UHGV virus genome: UHGV-0046263
From: a virus
Strand: one strand, 5' to 3'
DNA length: 36,252 nucleotides
In this document: positions 28,238 to 36,252 of the stretch, in pieces
How positions within the stretch are numbered: position 1 is the stretch's first letter
Layout of the letters: the number at the start of each line of letters is the position of its first letter
Notes under the pieces: model-generated
Seen by the model: only the letters and a program-made list of their open reading frames with translations
What the model was told of the DNA's origin: nothing
Databases searched by the model: none
Made by a program: the position numbers and the translations under genes

Positions 28238-29344
28238 TTATTCATCGTATTTAGGTGAGAAAACACTTATTTCTTTGGACCAGATGCCGAAACCTTCAAT
28301 ATCAAGGGTGAACTCAATAGGTAATTTGCTATCTTTATATTCAGTTGGTATCACCCGAATATTTTTGACATTTTTTACACAATGTAATGGAGTGTATTTG
28401 TTTTTTGTGATTGAATCAAAAATTGGTATACAAGATAAGCGTATAACTTCTAATTTAACTAATTTGTCTAGCCACATTGTTCCTTCAAAGTCATGGAAGA
28501 ACTGTCTTATTCTGGAACCCAATGTTGGATGGGAATAAATCTCACCTCTAATGGTGGAAAGGGAAGTATATATTTTTTGTGGTAAAGCTTCAAACCCCGA
28601 TATCGTAGCTATATCACCAGAACTATTTACAAATAAATCGCCTGTCGTGAAAATATCTAAATCCATTGGGAGGCTATTGCAATTGATGCGCGGAGTGTCT
28701 ATTTCAACAGGGACGATTACTTCATAGCTATCTGGTAATTTATTTAATTTTATTGGTGCTGATAACAAACGCCCCTCACCAAGTTGATTAACTAGAATAA
28801 ATTTTTCTTCGGTAGGGATGGAGTGGAATCTTTCGTTGAAAGATATTAACTTAGATAAATCGCCAGTAAAGAAGTTTGCAAATTTTATAGTCCACTCATT
28901 GGTTGAGATTCCGGTAAGCTCTCCGAAAACGATAATGTCTATACCTATTGCAATGAAATCATTATGTTTGGTTGATGAAGAACCATTGCTCACCTCTTTT
29001 TTAATCTCTTCTTCGTGGGCTTTCTTCATTTCTTTAAGAATTTCTGCTGTATATCTAATTTCATCTCTATCAATTTCAACGCTGTGATTAACACACATCC
29101 AGATGCCATTATTTATATCTTTCCTTTCATCTGGTGTTTGATTAGGATCATATCGTCTTGCTAATGGCCCAGGAGCTGCGGCATGAATGTGCGCAGCTAC
29201 CCCAATATTTGTGATAGATGTTAAGGATTCATCACTGGGGCCAACTGTAAGCTGATTACAACCGGGGAATGAGCACCTATAACCAGCCCGTAGTGCTAGA
29301 GCTCTTACAGTTTTTGAGCTGAAATCATCGCGTGTTTTAGACAT
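28238..29344 (-). CDS. AT-rich cargo protein, about 368 aa, with an N-terminal HNH nuclease domain and a C-terminal domain of unknown function
   Basis: CxxC (CSFPGC) ... AAHIHAA ... NGIWMCVNHS arrangement typical of HNH; start taken at the ATG at 29344 (MSKTR); the ORF could extend to a TTG at 29380. Confidence 0.7.
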   Translation of the reverse strand: MSKTRDDFSSKTVRALALRAGYRCSFPGCNQLTVGPSDESLTSITNIGVAAHIHAAAPGPLARRYDPNQTPDERKDINNGIWMCVNHSVEIDRDEIRYTAEILKEMKKAHEEEIKKEVSNGSSSTKHNDFIAIGIDIIVFGELTGISTNEWTIKFANFFTGDLSKLISFNERFHSIPTEEKFILVNQLGEGRLLSAPIKLNKLPDSYEVIVPVEIDTPRINCNSLPMDLDIFTTGDLFVNSSGDIATISGFEALPQKIYTSLSTIRGEIYSHPTLGSRIRQFFHDFEGTMWLDKLVKLEVIRLSCIPIFDSITKNKYTPLHCVKNVKNIRVIPTEYKDSKLPIEFTLDIEGFGIWSKEISVFSPKYDE

Positions 29345-29679
29345 GTTTAAAGCCTTTAAAAATAAAAAGACACCTAACAATATAATTATGCTTACCTTTC
29401 AGCAGCATCTTACAACGGTAAACCCATGTTCCTTTATATACTGCATATTAGCAGTTAAAAATGAACCTGAACAAGAGGAAGTTAGATGAAAGTGGACAAG
29501 AGTTACATCAAATCGGGGTTGTATTAGCAATACGCCAAGAATCACTATTTCATATAGATCATGTTAGATACTAAACCGCCCCTTAACTTCCGCTCCTCGC
29601 TCAAAGCAGACTGTCAGATTTGATAGCGTTTTGGCTATGTAAATTGTCAGTCGGGAAATAAGTGAGTACAAATCATGAC

Positions 29680-29708
29680 AGGCGGGCGGATTGTCCGCCT
29701 TTTCTTTA
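29680..29708 (+). terminator. Hairpin plus T-tract just upstream of the FI late-promoter region
   Basis: AGGCGG...CCGCCT stem followed by TTTTCTTT; no obvious upstream plus-strand gene. Confidence 0.4.
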
Positions 29709-29710
29709 TC

Positions 29711-29716
29711 TGTTGT
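29711..29716 (+). promoter_or_regulatory. TGTTGT element in the FI late-promoter region
   Basis: Same hexamer as upstream of O and V; 89 nt upstream of the FI ATG. Confidence 0.3.
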
Positions 29717-29804
29717 TTCATCCACTGACCAGCCAGGTCAAATAGCGTCTCATGCTCTGCACAACAGAAAATACCACTCACCCATTAACCACGGAGTTAG
29801 ACGG

Positions 29805-30995
29805 ATGAGTGACTATCATCACGGCGTGCAGGTGCTGGAGATTAACGACGGCACCCGCGTCATTTCCACCGTATCCACTGCCATTGTCGGCATGGTCTGC
29901 ACGGCCAGCGATGCAGATGCGGAAACCTTCCCCCTCAATAAACCGGTGCTGATTACCAATGTGCAGAGCGCAATTGCAAAGGCCGGTAAAAAAGGCACGC
30001 TGGCGGCGTCGTTACAGGCCATCGCTGACCAGTCAAAACCGGTCACCGTTGTTGTGCGCGTGGAAGACGGCACCGGCGACGACGAAGAAACGAAACTTGC
30101 GCAGACCGTTTCCAATATCATCGGTACCACCGACGAAAACGGTCAGTACACCGGACTGAAAGCCCTGCTGGCGGCGGAGTCGGTAACCGGTGTTAAACCG
30201 CGTATTCTCGGCGTGCCGGGACTGGATACCAAAGAGGTGGCTGTTGCACTGGCATCAGTCTGTCAGAAGCTGCGCGCTTTCGGGTATATCAGCGCATGGG
30301 GCTGTAAAACCATTTCTGAGGTGAAAGCCTACCGCCAGAATTTCAGCCAGCGTGAGCTGATGGTCATCTGGCCGGATTTCCTCGCATGGGATACGGTCAC
30401 CAGTACCACCGCCACCGCGTATGCCACTGCCCGTGCGCTGGGGCTGCGCGCTAAAATCGACCAGGAGCAGGGCTGGCATAAAACGCTGTCCAACGTTGGG
30501 GTGAACGGTGTTACCGGCATCAGTGCATCTGTATTCTGGGATTTGCAGGAGTCCGGCACCGATGCTGACCTGCTTAACGAGTCAGGCGTCACTACGCTGA
30601 TTCGCCGCGACGGTTTCCGCTTCTGGGGTAACCGTACCTGCTCTGATGACCCGCTGTTCCTCTTTGAAAACTACACCCGCACCGCGCAGGTGCTGGCCGA
30701 CACGATGGCTGAGGCGCACATGTGGGCGGTGGACAAGCCCATCACCGCAACGCTGATTCGCGACATCGTTGACGGTATCAATGCCAAATTCCGTGAGCTG
30801 AAAACAAACGGCTATATCGTGGATGCGACCTGCTGGTTCAGCGAAGAATCCAACGATGCGGAAACCCTCAAGGCCGGAAAACTGTATATCGACTACGACT
30901 ATACACCGGTGCCTCCTCTCGAAAACCTGACCCTGCGCCAGCGTATTACCGATAAATACCTGGCAAATCTGGTCACCTCGGTTAACAGCAATTAA
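29805..30995 (+). CDS. FI: Tail sheath protein FI
   Basis: 396 aa from MSDYHHGVQVLEINDG; GGAG ribosome-binding site. Confidence 0.9.
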   Translation: MSDYHHGVQVLEINDGTRVISTVSTAIVGMVCTASDADAETFPLNKPVLITNVQSAIAKAGKKGTLAASLQAIADQSKPVTVVVRVEDGTGDDEETKLAQTVSNIIGTTDENGQYTGLKALLAAESVTGVKPRILGVPGLDTKEVAVALASVCQKLRAFGYISAWGCKTISEVKAYRQNFSQRELMVIWPDFLAWDTVTSTTATAYATARALGLRAKIDQEQGWHKTLSNVGVNGVTGISASVFWDLQESGTDADLLNESGVTTLIRRDGFRFWGNRTCSDDPLFLFENYTRTAQVLADTMAEAHMWAVDKPITATLIRDIVDGINAKFRELKTNGYIVDATCWFSEESNDAETLKAGKLYIDYDYTPVPPLENLTLRQRITDKYLANLVTSVNSN

Positions 30996-31007
30996 GGAGC
31001 CTGACCG

Positions 31008-31526
31008 ATGGCAATGCCGCGCAAACTCAAATTAATGAACGTCTTTCTGAACGGCTACAGCTATCAGGGCGTTGCAAAGTCCGTCACGCTGCCAAAACTG
31101 ACCCGTAAGCTCGAAAACTATCGCGGTGCGGGAATGAACGGCAGCGCACCGGTAGACCTCGGCCTTGATGACGATGCGCTGTCAATGGAGTGGTCGCTGG
31201 GTGGCTTCCCGGATTCGGTTATCTGGGAGCTTTACGCCGCAACCGGTGTGGATGCTGTGCCGATTCGTTTTGCAGGCTCTTACCAGCGTGACGATACCGG
31301 CGAAACGGTGGCCGTCGAGGTGGTCATGCGTGGACGTCAGAAAGAAATCGACACCGGCGAGGGTAAACAGGGAGAAGACACCGAGTCGAAAATCTCCGTG
31401 GTCTGCACCTATTTCCGGCTGACGATGGACGGTAAGGAGCTGGTCGAAATCGACACCATCAACATGATTGAGAAGGTGAACGGCGTCGACCGGCTGGAGC
31501 AACACCGCCGCAATATCGGCCTGTGA
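31008..31526 (+). CDS. FII: Tail tube protein FII
   Basis: 172 aa, as P2 gpFII. Confidence 0.9.
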   Translation: MAMPRKLKLMNVFLNGYSYQGVAKSVTLPKLTRKLENYRGAGMNGSAPVDLGLDDDALSMEWSLGGFPDSVIWELYAATGVDAVPIRFAGSYQRDDTGETVAVEVVMRGRQKEIDTGEGKQGEDTESKISVVCTYFRLTMDGKELVEIDTINMIEKVNGVDRLEQHRRNIGL

Positions 31527-31527
31527 T

Positions 31528-31595
31528 NNNNNNNNNNNNNNNNNNNNNNNNNNNNNNNNNNNNNNNNNNNNNNNNNNNNNNNNNNNNNNNNNNNN
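31528..31595. other. Run of N (assembly gap) between FII and E
   Basis: Literal n characters. Confidence 0.9.
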
Positions 31596-31646
31596 ATCCG
31601 GTCAGCCTGGCTGACCGGTTAACCCCGATTCATAAGTGAGAAAACC

Positions 31647-31922
31647 ATGAACAAAGAAAATGTGATTACCCTGGACAATCCGGTCAAACGTGGTGAGCAG
31701 GTTATCGAACAGGTCACGCTGATGAAACCCAGTGCCGGGACGCTGCGCGGTGTCAGTCTGGCAGCGGTCGCAAACTCCGAAGTCGATGCACTGATTAAGG
31801 TGTTGCCGCGCATGACGGCACCGATGCTGACCGAGCAGGAAGTCGCCGCACTGGAACTGCCTGACCTTGTGGCGCTGGCCGGTAAGGTGGTCGGTTTTTT
31901 GTCACCGAACTCGGTGCAGTGA
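31647..31922 (+). CDS. E: Tail assembly chaperone E
   Basis: 91 aa, as P2 gpE. Confidence 0.85.
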   Translation: MNKENVITLDNPVKRGEQVIEQVTLMKPSAGTLRGVSLAAVANSEVDALIKVLPRMTAPMLTEQEVAALELPDLVALAGKVVGFLSPNSVQ

Positions 31923-32074
31923 CGTTTCCGAAAAATCTCTCGGTCGATGACCTGATGGCGGATGTGGCAGTGATATTTCACTGGCCGCCATCAGAACTGT
32001 ATCCCATGAGCCTGACCGAACTCATCACATGGCGCGAAAAGGCGCTCCGGCGAAGCGGAAACACGAATGAGTAA
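31647..32074 (+). CDS. E': E+E' fusion produced by programmed -1 ribosomal frameshift at slippery heptamer TTTTTTG (31895..31901)
   Basis: The -1 frame from the slip site is open to a TAA at 32072..32074, overlapping the T start; the tail-chaperone frameshift is conserved in P2 and lambda. Confidence 0.7.
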
Positions 32075-34514
32075 CAATGTAAAATTACAGGTATTGCTCA
32101 GGGCTGTTGACCAGGCATCCCGCCCGTTTAAATCCATCCGCACAGCGAGCAAATCGCTGTCGGGGGATATCCGGGAAACACAAAAATCACTGCGCGAGCT
32201 GAACGGTCACGCATCCCGTATTGAGGGATTTCGCAAGACCAGTGCACAGCTCGCCGTGACTGGTCATGCACTTGAAAAGGCACGGCAGGAGGCCGAAGCC
32301 CTTGCAACACAGTTTAAAAACACCGAACGTCCGACACGTGCTAAGGCGAAAGTGCTGGAATCCGCGAAGCGTGCGGCGGAGGACTTACAGGCGAAATATT
32401 ACCGCCTGACGGATTCCGTTAAACGCCAGCAGCGGGAACTGGCCGTTGTGGGAATTAATACCCGCAATCTTGCACATGATGAGCAGGGACTGAAAAACCG
32501 TATCAGTGAAACCACCGCCCAGCTTAACCGGCAGCGTGACGCGCTGGCGCGTGTCAGTGCGCAACAGGCAAAACTTAACGCAGTCAAACAGCGTTATCAG
32601 GCCGGAAAGGAACTGGCCGGAAATATGGCCTCAGTGGGCGCTGCCGGTGTGGGGATTGCTGCTGCGGGAACGATGGCCGGAGTTAAGTTGCTGATGCCCG
32701 GTTATGAGTTTGCGCAGAAAAACTCAGAATTGCAGGCCGTGCTCGGTGTGGCAAAAGACTCCGCCGAAATGGCCGCGCTCCGCAAGCAGGCGCGCCAGCT
32801 CGGCGACAATACCGCAGCCTCGGCAGATGATGCAGCCGGTGCTCAGATTATTATTGCGAAAGCCGGTGGGGATGTTGATGCCATTCAGGCGGCAACGCCG
32901 GTCACGCTGAATATGGCGCTGGCGAACCGTCGCACGATGGAAGAAAACGCCGCCCTGCTGATGGGGATGAAATCCGCCTTTCAGCTTTCAAACGATAAGG
33001 TCGCTCATATCGGGGATGTTCTCTCCATGACGATGAACAAAACCGCCGCCGATTTTGACGGTATGAGCGATGCGCTGACCTATGCCGCACCTGTGGCAAA
33101 AAATGCCGGTGTCAGCATTGAAGAAACCGCCGCAATGGTCGGGGCGCTGCATGATGCAAAAATTACCGGTTCAATGGCGGGGACGGGAAGCCGTGCCGTG
33201 TTAAGTCGCCTGCAGGCACCGACGGGAAAAGCATGGGATGCACTCAAAGAGCTTGGAGTGAAAACCTCAGATAGCAAGGGAAACACCCGACCAGTATTTA
33301 CAATTCTGAAAGAAATGCAGGCCAGTTTTGAGAAAAACCGGCTCGGTACTGCCCAGCAGGCTGAATACATGAAAACCATTTTCGGGGAGGAGGCCAGCTC
33401 AGCCGCCGCCGTGCTGATGACTGCCGCCTCAACCGGAAAGCTGGACAAACTGACCGCTGCGTTTAAAGCCTCAGACGGGAAGACCGCGGAGCTGGTAAAT
33501 ATCATGCAGGACAACCTCGGCGGTGACTTTAAGGAGTTTCAGTCCGCTTATGAGGCGGTGGGGACTGACCTGTTTGACCAGCAGGAAGGCGCGCTGCGTA
33601 AGCTCACGCAGACGGCCACAAAGTATGTGTTAAAACTCGACGGCTGGATACAGAAAAACAAATCACTGGCGTCAACCATCGGCATCATTGTCGGTGGTGC
33701 ACTGGCGCTGACTGGTGTCATCGGTGCCATTGGCCTCGTAGCCTGGCCGGTTATCACCGGCATCAATGCCATCATCGCGGCAGCAGGCGCAATGGGTGCA
33801 ATCTTCACGACGGTTGGTAGTGCCATTATGACGGCCATCGGGGCGATTAGCTGGCCGGTTGTGGCCGTGGTGGCTGCCATTGTCGCCGGGGCGTTGCTTA
33901 TCCGTAAATACTGGGAGCCTGTCAGCGCATTCTTTGGCGGTGTGGTTGAAGGGCTGAAAGCGGCATTTGCGCCGGTGGGGGAGCTGTTCACGCCACTGAA
34001 ACCGGTGTTTGACTGGCTGGGCGAAAAGTTACAGGCCGCGTGGCAGTGGTTTAAAAACCTGATTGCCCCGGTTAAAGCCACCCAGGACACCCTGAATCGT
34101 TGCCGTGACACGGGCGTCATGTTCGGGCAGGCACTGGCTGACGCGCTGATGCTGCCGCTTAATGCGTTCAACAAACTGCGCAGCGGTATTGACTGGGTAC
34201 TGGAAAAGCTCGGGGTCATCAACAAAGAGTCTGACGCACTTGACCAGACCGCCGCCAGAACTCAAGCCGCCACGTATGGCAGCGGTGGTTATATTCCGGC
34301 GACCAGCTCTTATGCAGGCTATCAGGCTTATCAGCCGGTTACGGCACCGGCTGGCCGCTCTTATGTGGACCAGAGTAAAAACGAATATCACATCAGTCTG
34401 ACGGGCGGTACTGCACCGGGGACTCAGCTCGACCGCCAGTTACAGGATGCGCTCGAAAAATACGAGCGGGATAAACGTGCGCGCGCCCGTGCCAGCATGA
34501 TGCATGACGGTTAA
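32067..34514 (+). CDS. T: Tail tape measure protein T
   Basis: 815 aa; coiled-coil N-terminus and Gly/Ala-rich hydrophobic region typical of tape-measure proteins. Confidence 0.9.
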   Translation: MSNNVKLQVLLRAVDQASRPFKSIRTASKSLSGDIRETQKSLRELNGHASRIEGFRKTSAQLAVTGHALEKARQEAEALATQFKNTERPTRAKAKVLESAKRAAEDLQAKYYRLTDSVKRQQRELAVVGINTRNLAHDEQGLKNRISETTAQLNRQRDALARVSAQQAKLNAVKQRYQAGKELAGNMASVGAAGVGIAAAGTMAGVKLLMPGYEFAQKNSELQAVLGVAKDSAEMAALRKQARQLGDNTAASADDAAGAQIIIAKAGGDVDAIQAATPVTLNMALANRRTMEENAALLMGMKSAFQLSNDKVAHIGDVLSMTMNKTAADFDGMSDALTYAAPVAKNAGVSIEETAAMVGALHDAKITGSMAGTGSRAVLSRLQAPTGKAWDALKELGVKTSDSKGNTRPVFTILKEMQASFEKNRLGTAQQAEYMKTIFGEEASSAAAVLMTAASTGKLDKLTAAFKASDGKTAELVNIMQDNLGGDFKEFQSAYEAVGTDLFDQQEGALRKLTQTATKYVLKLDGWIQKNKSLASTIGIIVGGALALTGVIGAIGLVAWPVITGINAIIAAAGAMGAIFTTVGSAIMTAIGAISWPVVAVVAAIVAGALLIRKYWEPVSAFFGGVVEGLKAAFAPVGELFTPLKPVFDWLGEKLQAAWQWFKNLIAPVKATQDTLNRCRDTGVMFGQALADALMLPLNAFNKLRSGIDWVLEKLGVINKESDALDQTAARTQAATYGSGGYIPATSSYAGYQAYQPVTAPAGRSYVDQSKNEYHISLTGGTAPGTQLDRQLQDALEKYERDKRARARASMMHDG

Positions 34515-34528
34515 GGAGGTGACGAAAA

Positions 34529-35008
34529 ATGATGCTCGCGTTAGGTATGTTTGTTTTTATGCGCCAGACGCTGCCACACCAGACCATGCAGCGTGAATCA
34601 GATTATCGCTGGCCGTCAAATTCCCGTATCGGTAAACGGGATGCCTTTCAGTTTCTCGGTGTGGGTGAGGAAAACATTACGCTTGCCGGTGTGCTTTATC
34701 CCGAACTGACAGGCGGAAAGCTGACGATGACCACGCTCAGGCTGATGGCAGAGGAAGGTCGGGCGTGGCCGTTGCTGGATGGCACCGGCATGATTTACGG
34801 CATGTATGTCATCAGCAGGGTGAGTGAAACAGGGAGTATTTTCTTTGCAGACGGCACACCCCGGAAAATTGATTTTACGCTGTCGCTCACCCGCGTTGAT
34901 GAATCACTGGCCGCGCTTTATGGCGATATCGGTAAACAGGCGGAATCGCTCATCGGTAAGGCTGGCAGTATGGCGACCAGATTCACGGGTATGACGGGGG
35001 CGGGATAA
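34529..35008 (+). CDS. U: Tail protein U
   Basis: 159 aa; strong AAGGAGGTGA ribosome-binding site. Confidence 0.85.
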   Translation: MMLALGMFVFMRQTLPHQTMQRESDYRWPSNSRIGKRDAFQFLGVGEENITLAGVLYPELTGGKLTMTTLRLMAEEGRAWPLLDGTGMIYGMYVISRVSETGSIFFADGTPRKIDFTLSLTRVDESLAALYGDIGKQAESLIGKAGSMATRFTGMTGAG

Positions 35009-36202
35009 TGCTGGATGCGCTGACATTTGATGCAGGCAGTACGCTGACGCCGGATTACATGCTGATGCTCGACAGCAGGGATATTACCGGCAATATCAGC
35101 GACCGTCTGATGAGCATGACCCTGACGGATAACCGGGGCTTTGAGGCTGACCAGCTTGATATTGAACTGAACGATGCCGACGGGCAGGTCGGGCTGCCGG
35201 TTCGTGGCGCTGTCCTGACGGTGTATATCGGCTGGAAAGGTTTTGCCCTGGTATGCAAAGGGAAATTTACCGTTGATGAGGTTGAACACCGGGGCGCGCC
35301 GGATGTGGTTACCATCCGCGCCCGGAGTGCAGATTTTCGCGGGACGCTCAATTCCCGCAGTGAAGGCTCCTGGCATGACACCACGCTCGGTGCGATTGTT
35401 GAGGTGATAGCCTCCCGTAACAGGCTGGAAGCCAGTGTCGCGCCGTCACTGGCCGGAATTAAAATCCCGCACATCGACCAGTCGCAGGAGTCTGATGCAA
35501 AATTCCTGACCCNNNNNNNNNNNNNNNNNNNNNNNNNNNNNNNNNNNNNNNNNNNNNNNNNNNNNNNNNNNNNNNNNNNNNNNNNNNNNNNNNNNNNNNN
35601 NNNNNNNNNNNNNNNNNNNGACGGCCAGCGGTAAAAAAACCCCGCAGGTCACCATACCCCGCAGCGACGGCGACCGCCATCATTTTGCGATTGCTGACCG
35701 TGGAGCCTACACCGGTGTAACGGCAAAATGGCTACACACCAAAGACCCGAAGCCTCAAAAGCAGAAGGTAAAACTGAAACGCAAAAAGAAAGAGAAACAC
35801 CTGCGCGCACTGGAGCACCCGAAAGCGAAACCGGTCAGGCAGAAGAAAGCGCCTAAAGTACCGGAAGCGCGTGAAGGTGAATACATGGCCGGTGAGGCTG
35901 ACAACGTTTTTGCCCTGACCACGGTATATGCCACGAAAGCGCAGGCCATGCGCGCCGCTCAGGCGAAGTGGGATAAACTGCAACGGGGCGTTGCGGAGTT
36001 CTCCATCAGCCTGGCTACCGGTCGGGCAGATATTTACACGGAAACACCGGTCAAAGTGTCTGGCTTTAAGCGCGTCATAGACGAGCAGGACTGGACAATC
36101 ACTAAGGTGACACATTTTCTGAATAATAGCGGCTTCACGACGTCCTTAGAGCTTGAGGTCAGGCTTTCTGATGTGGAGTACGAAACAGAAGATGATGAGT
36201 GA
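35008..36202 (+). CDS. D: Tail protein D, interrupted by an N-run at 35514..35619 that shifts the apparent frame
   Basis: The N-terminal part (35008..35513) and the C-terminal part (frame of 35621..36202, ending SDVEYETEDDE) both read as gpD; the break coincides with the gap. Confidence 0.8.
35514..35619. other. Run of N (assembly gap) inside gene D
   Basis: Literal n characters. Confidence 0.9.
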
Positions 36203-36252
36203 TGTTTTTGTTTTATCTGTTTGTTTTGTAAGGATAAATTAACTAAAATGGC

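Larger units (their letters stand above)
969..36252. mobile_element. P2-like (Peduovirus-type) prophage, integrase-proximal end through tail gene D; ogr/attR end lies beyond the window
   Basis: Complete P2 gene order and orientation; protein sizes close to P2 (P 590 aa, N 357 aa, M 247 aa, B 166 aa, LysB 141 aa, LysC 96 aa, R 155 aa, S 150 aa); cos sequence present. Confidence 0.9.

Noticed and set aside
32128-34587. Numerous short and antisense ORFs within tape-measure gene T
   Set aside because: T is an 815-aa continuous frame with tape-measure character; the overlapping frames are chance.
35055-36115. Minus-strand ORFs overlapping D, some spanning the N-run
   Set aside because: Antisense to D and partly built from ambiguous bases.

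Overview
This window is almost entirely a P2-like (Peduovirus-type) prophage, running from its integrase-proximal end next to a host pflA gene (171..968, minus strand) to tail gene D, with the ogr/attR end beyond the window. Calls rest on reading the supplied six-frame translations against remembered P2 and retron protein features; no searches or computations were run. The backbone is syntenic with P2: int, C, cox, B, A, then Q-P / O-N-M-L capsid and terminase, X, lysis genes, R-S, V-W-J-I-H-G, FI-FII-E/E'-T-U-D. Three AT-rich cargo loci interrupt it. (1) The tin/old-cos-Q hypervariable locus (about 6900..11334) carries a 612-aa protein with a possible C-terminal HEPN-like motif, then the cos site, then a retron-type reverse transcriptase translationally coupled to a 2-TM membrane protein, preceded by a promoter-like element and nested hairpins that may be its msr/msd ncRNA. 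This RT module is the best candidate for a novel or variant defence system; its YADD box reads LVDD. (2) A 261-aa membrane-protein moron sits on the opposite strand between S and V. (3) The Z/fun position between G and FI holds a convergent HExxH metallopeptidase-like gene and an HNH-nuclease gene. Three N-runs (71..116, 31528..31595, 35514..35619) are assembly gaps; the last breaks the reading frame of gene D.
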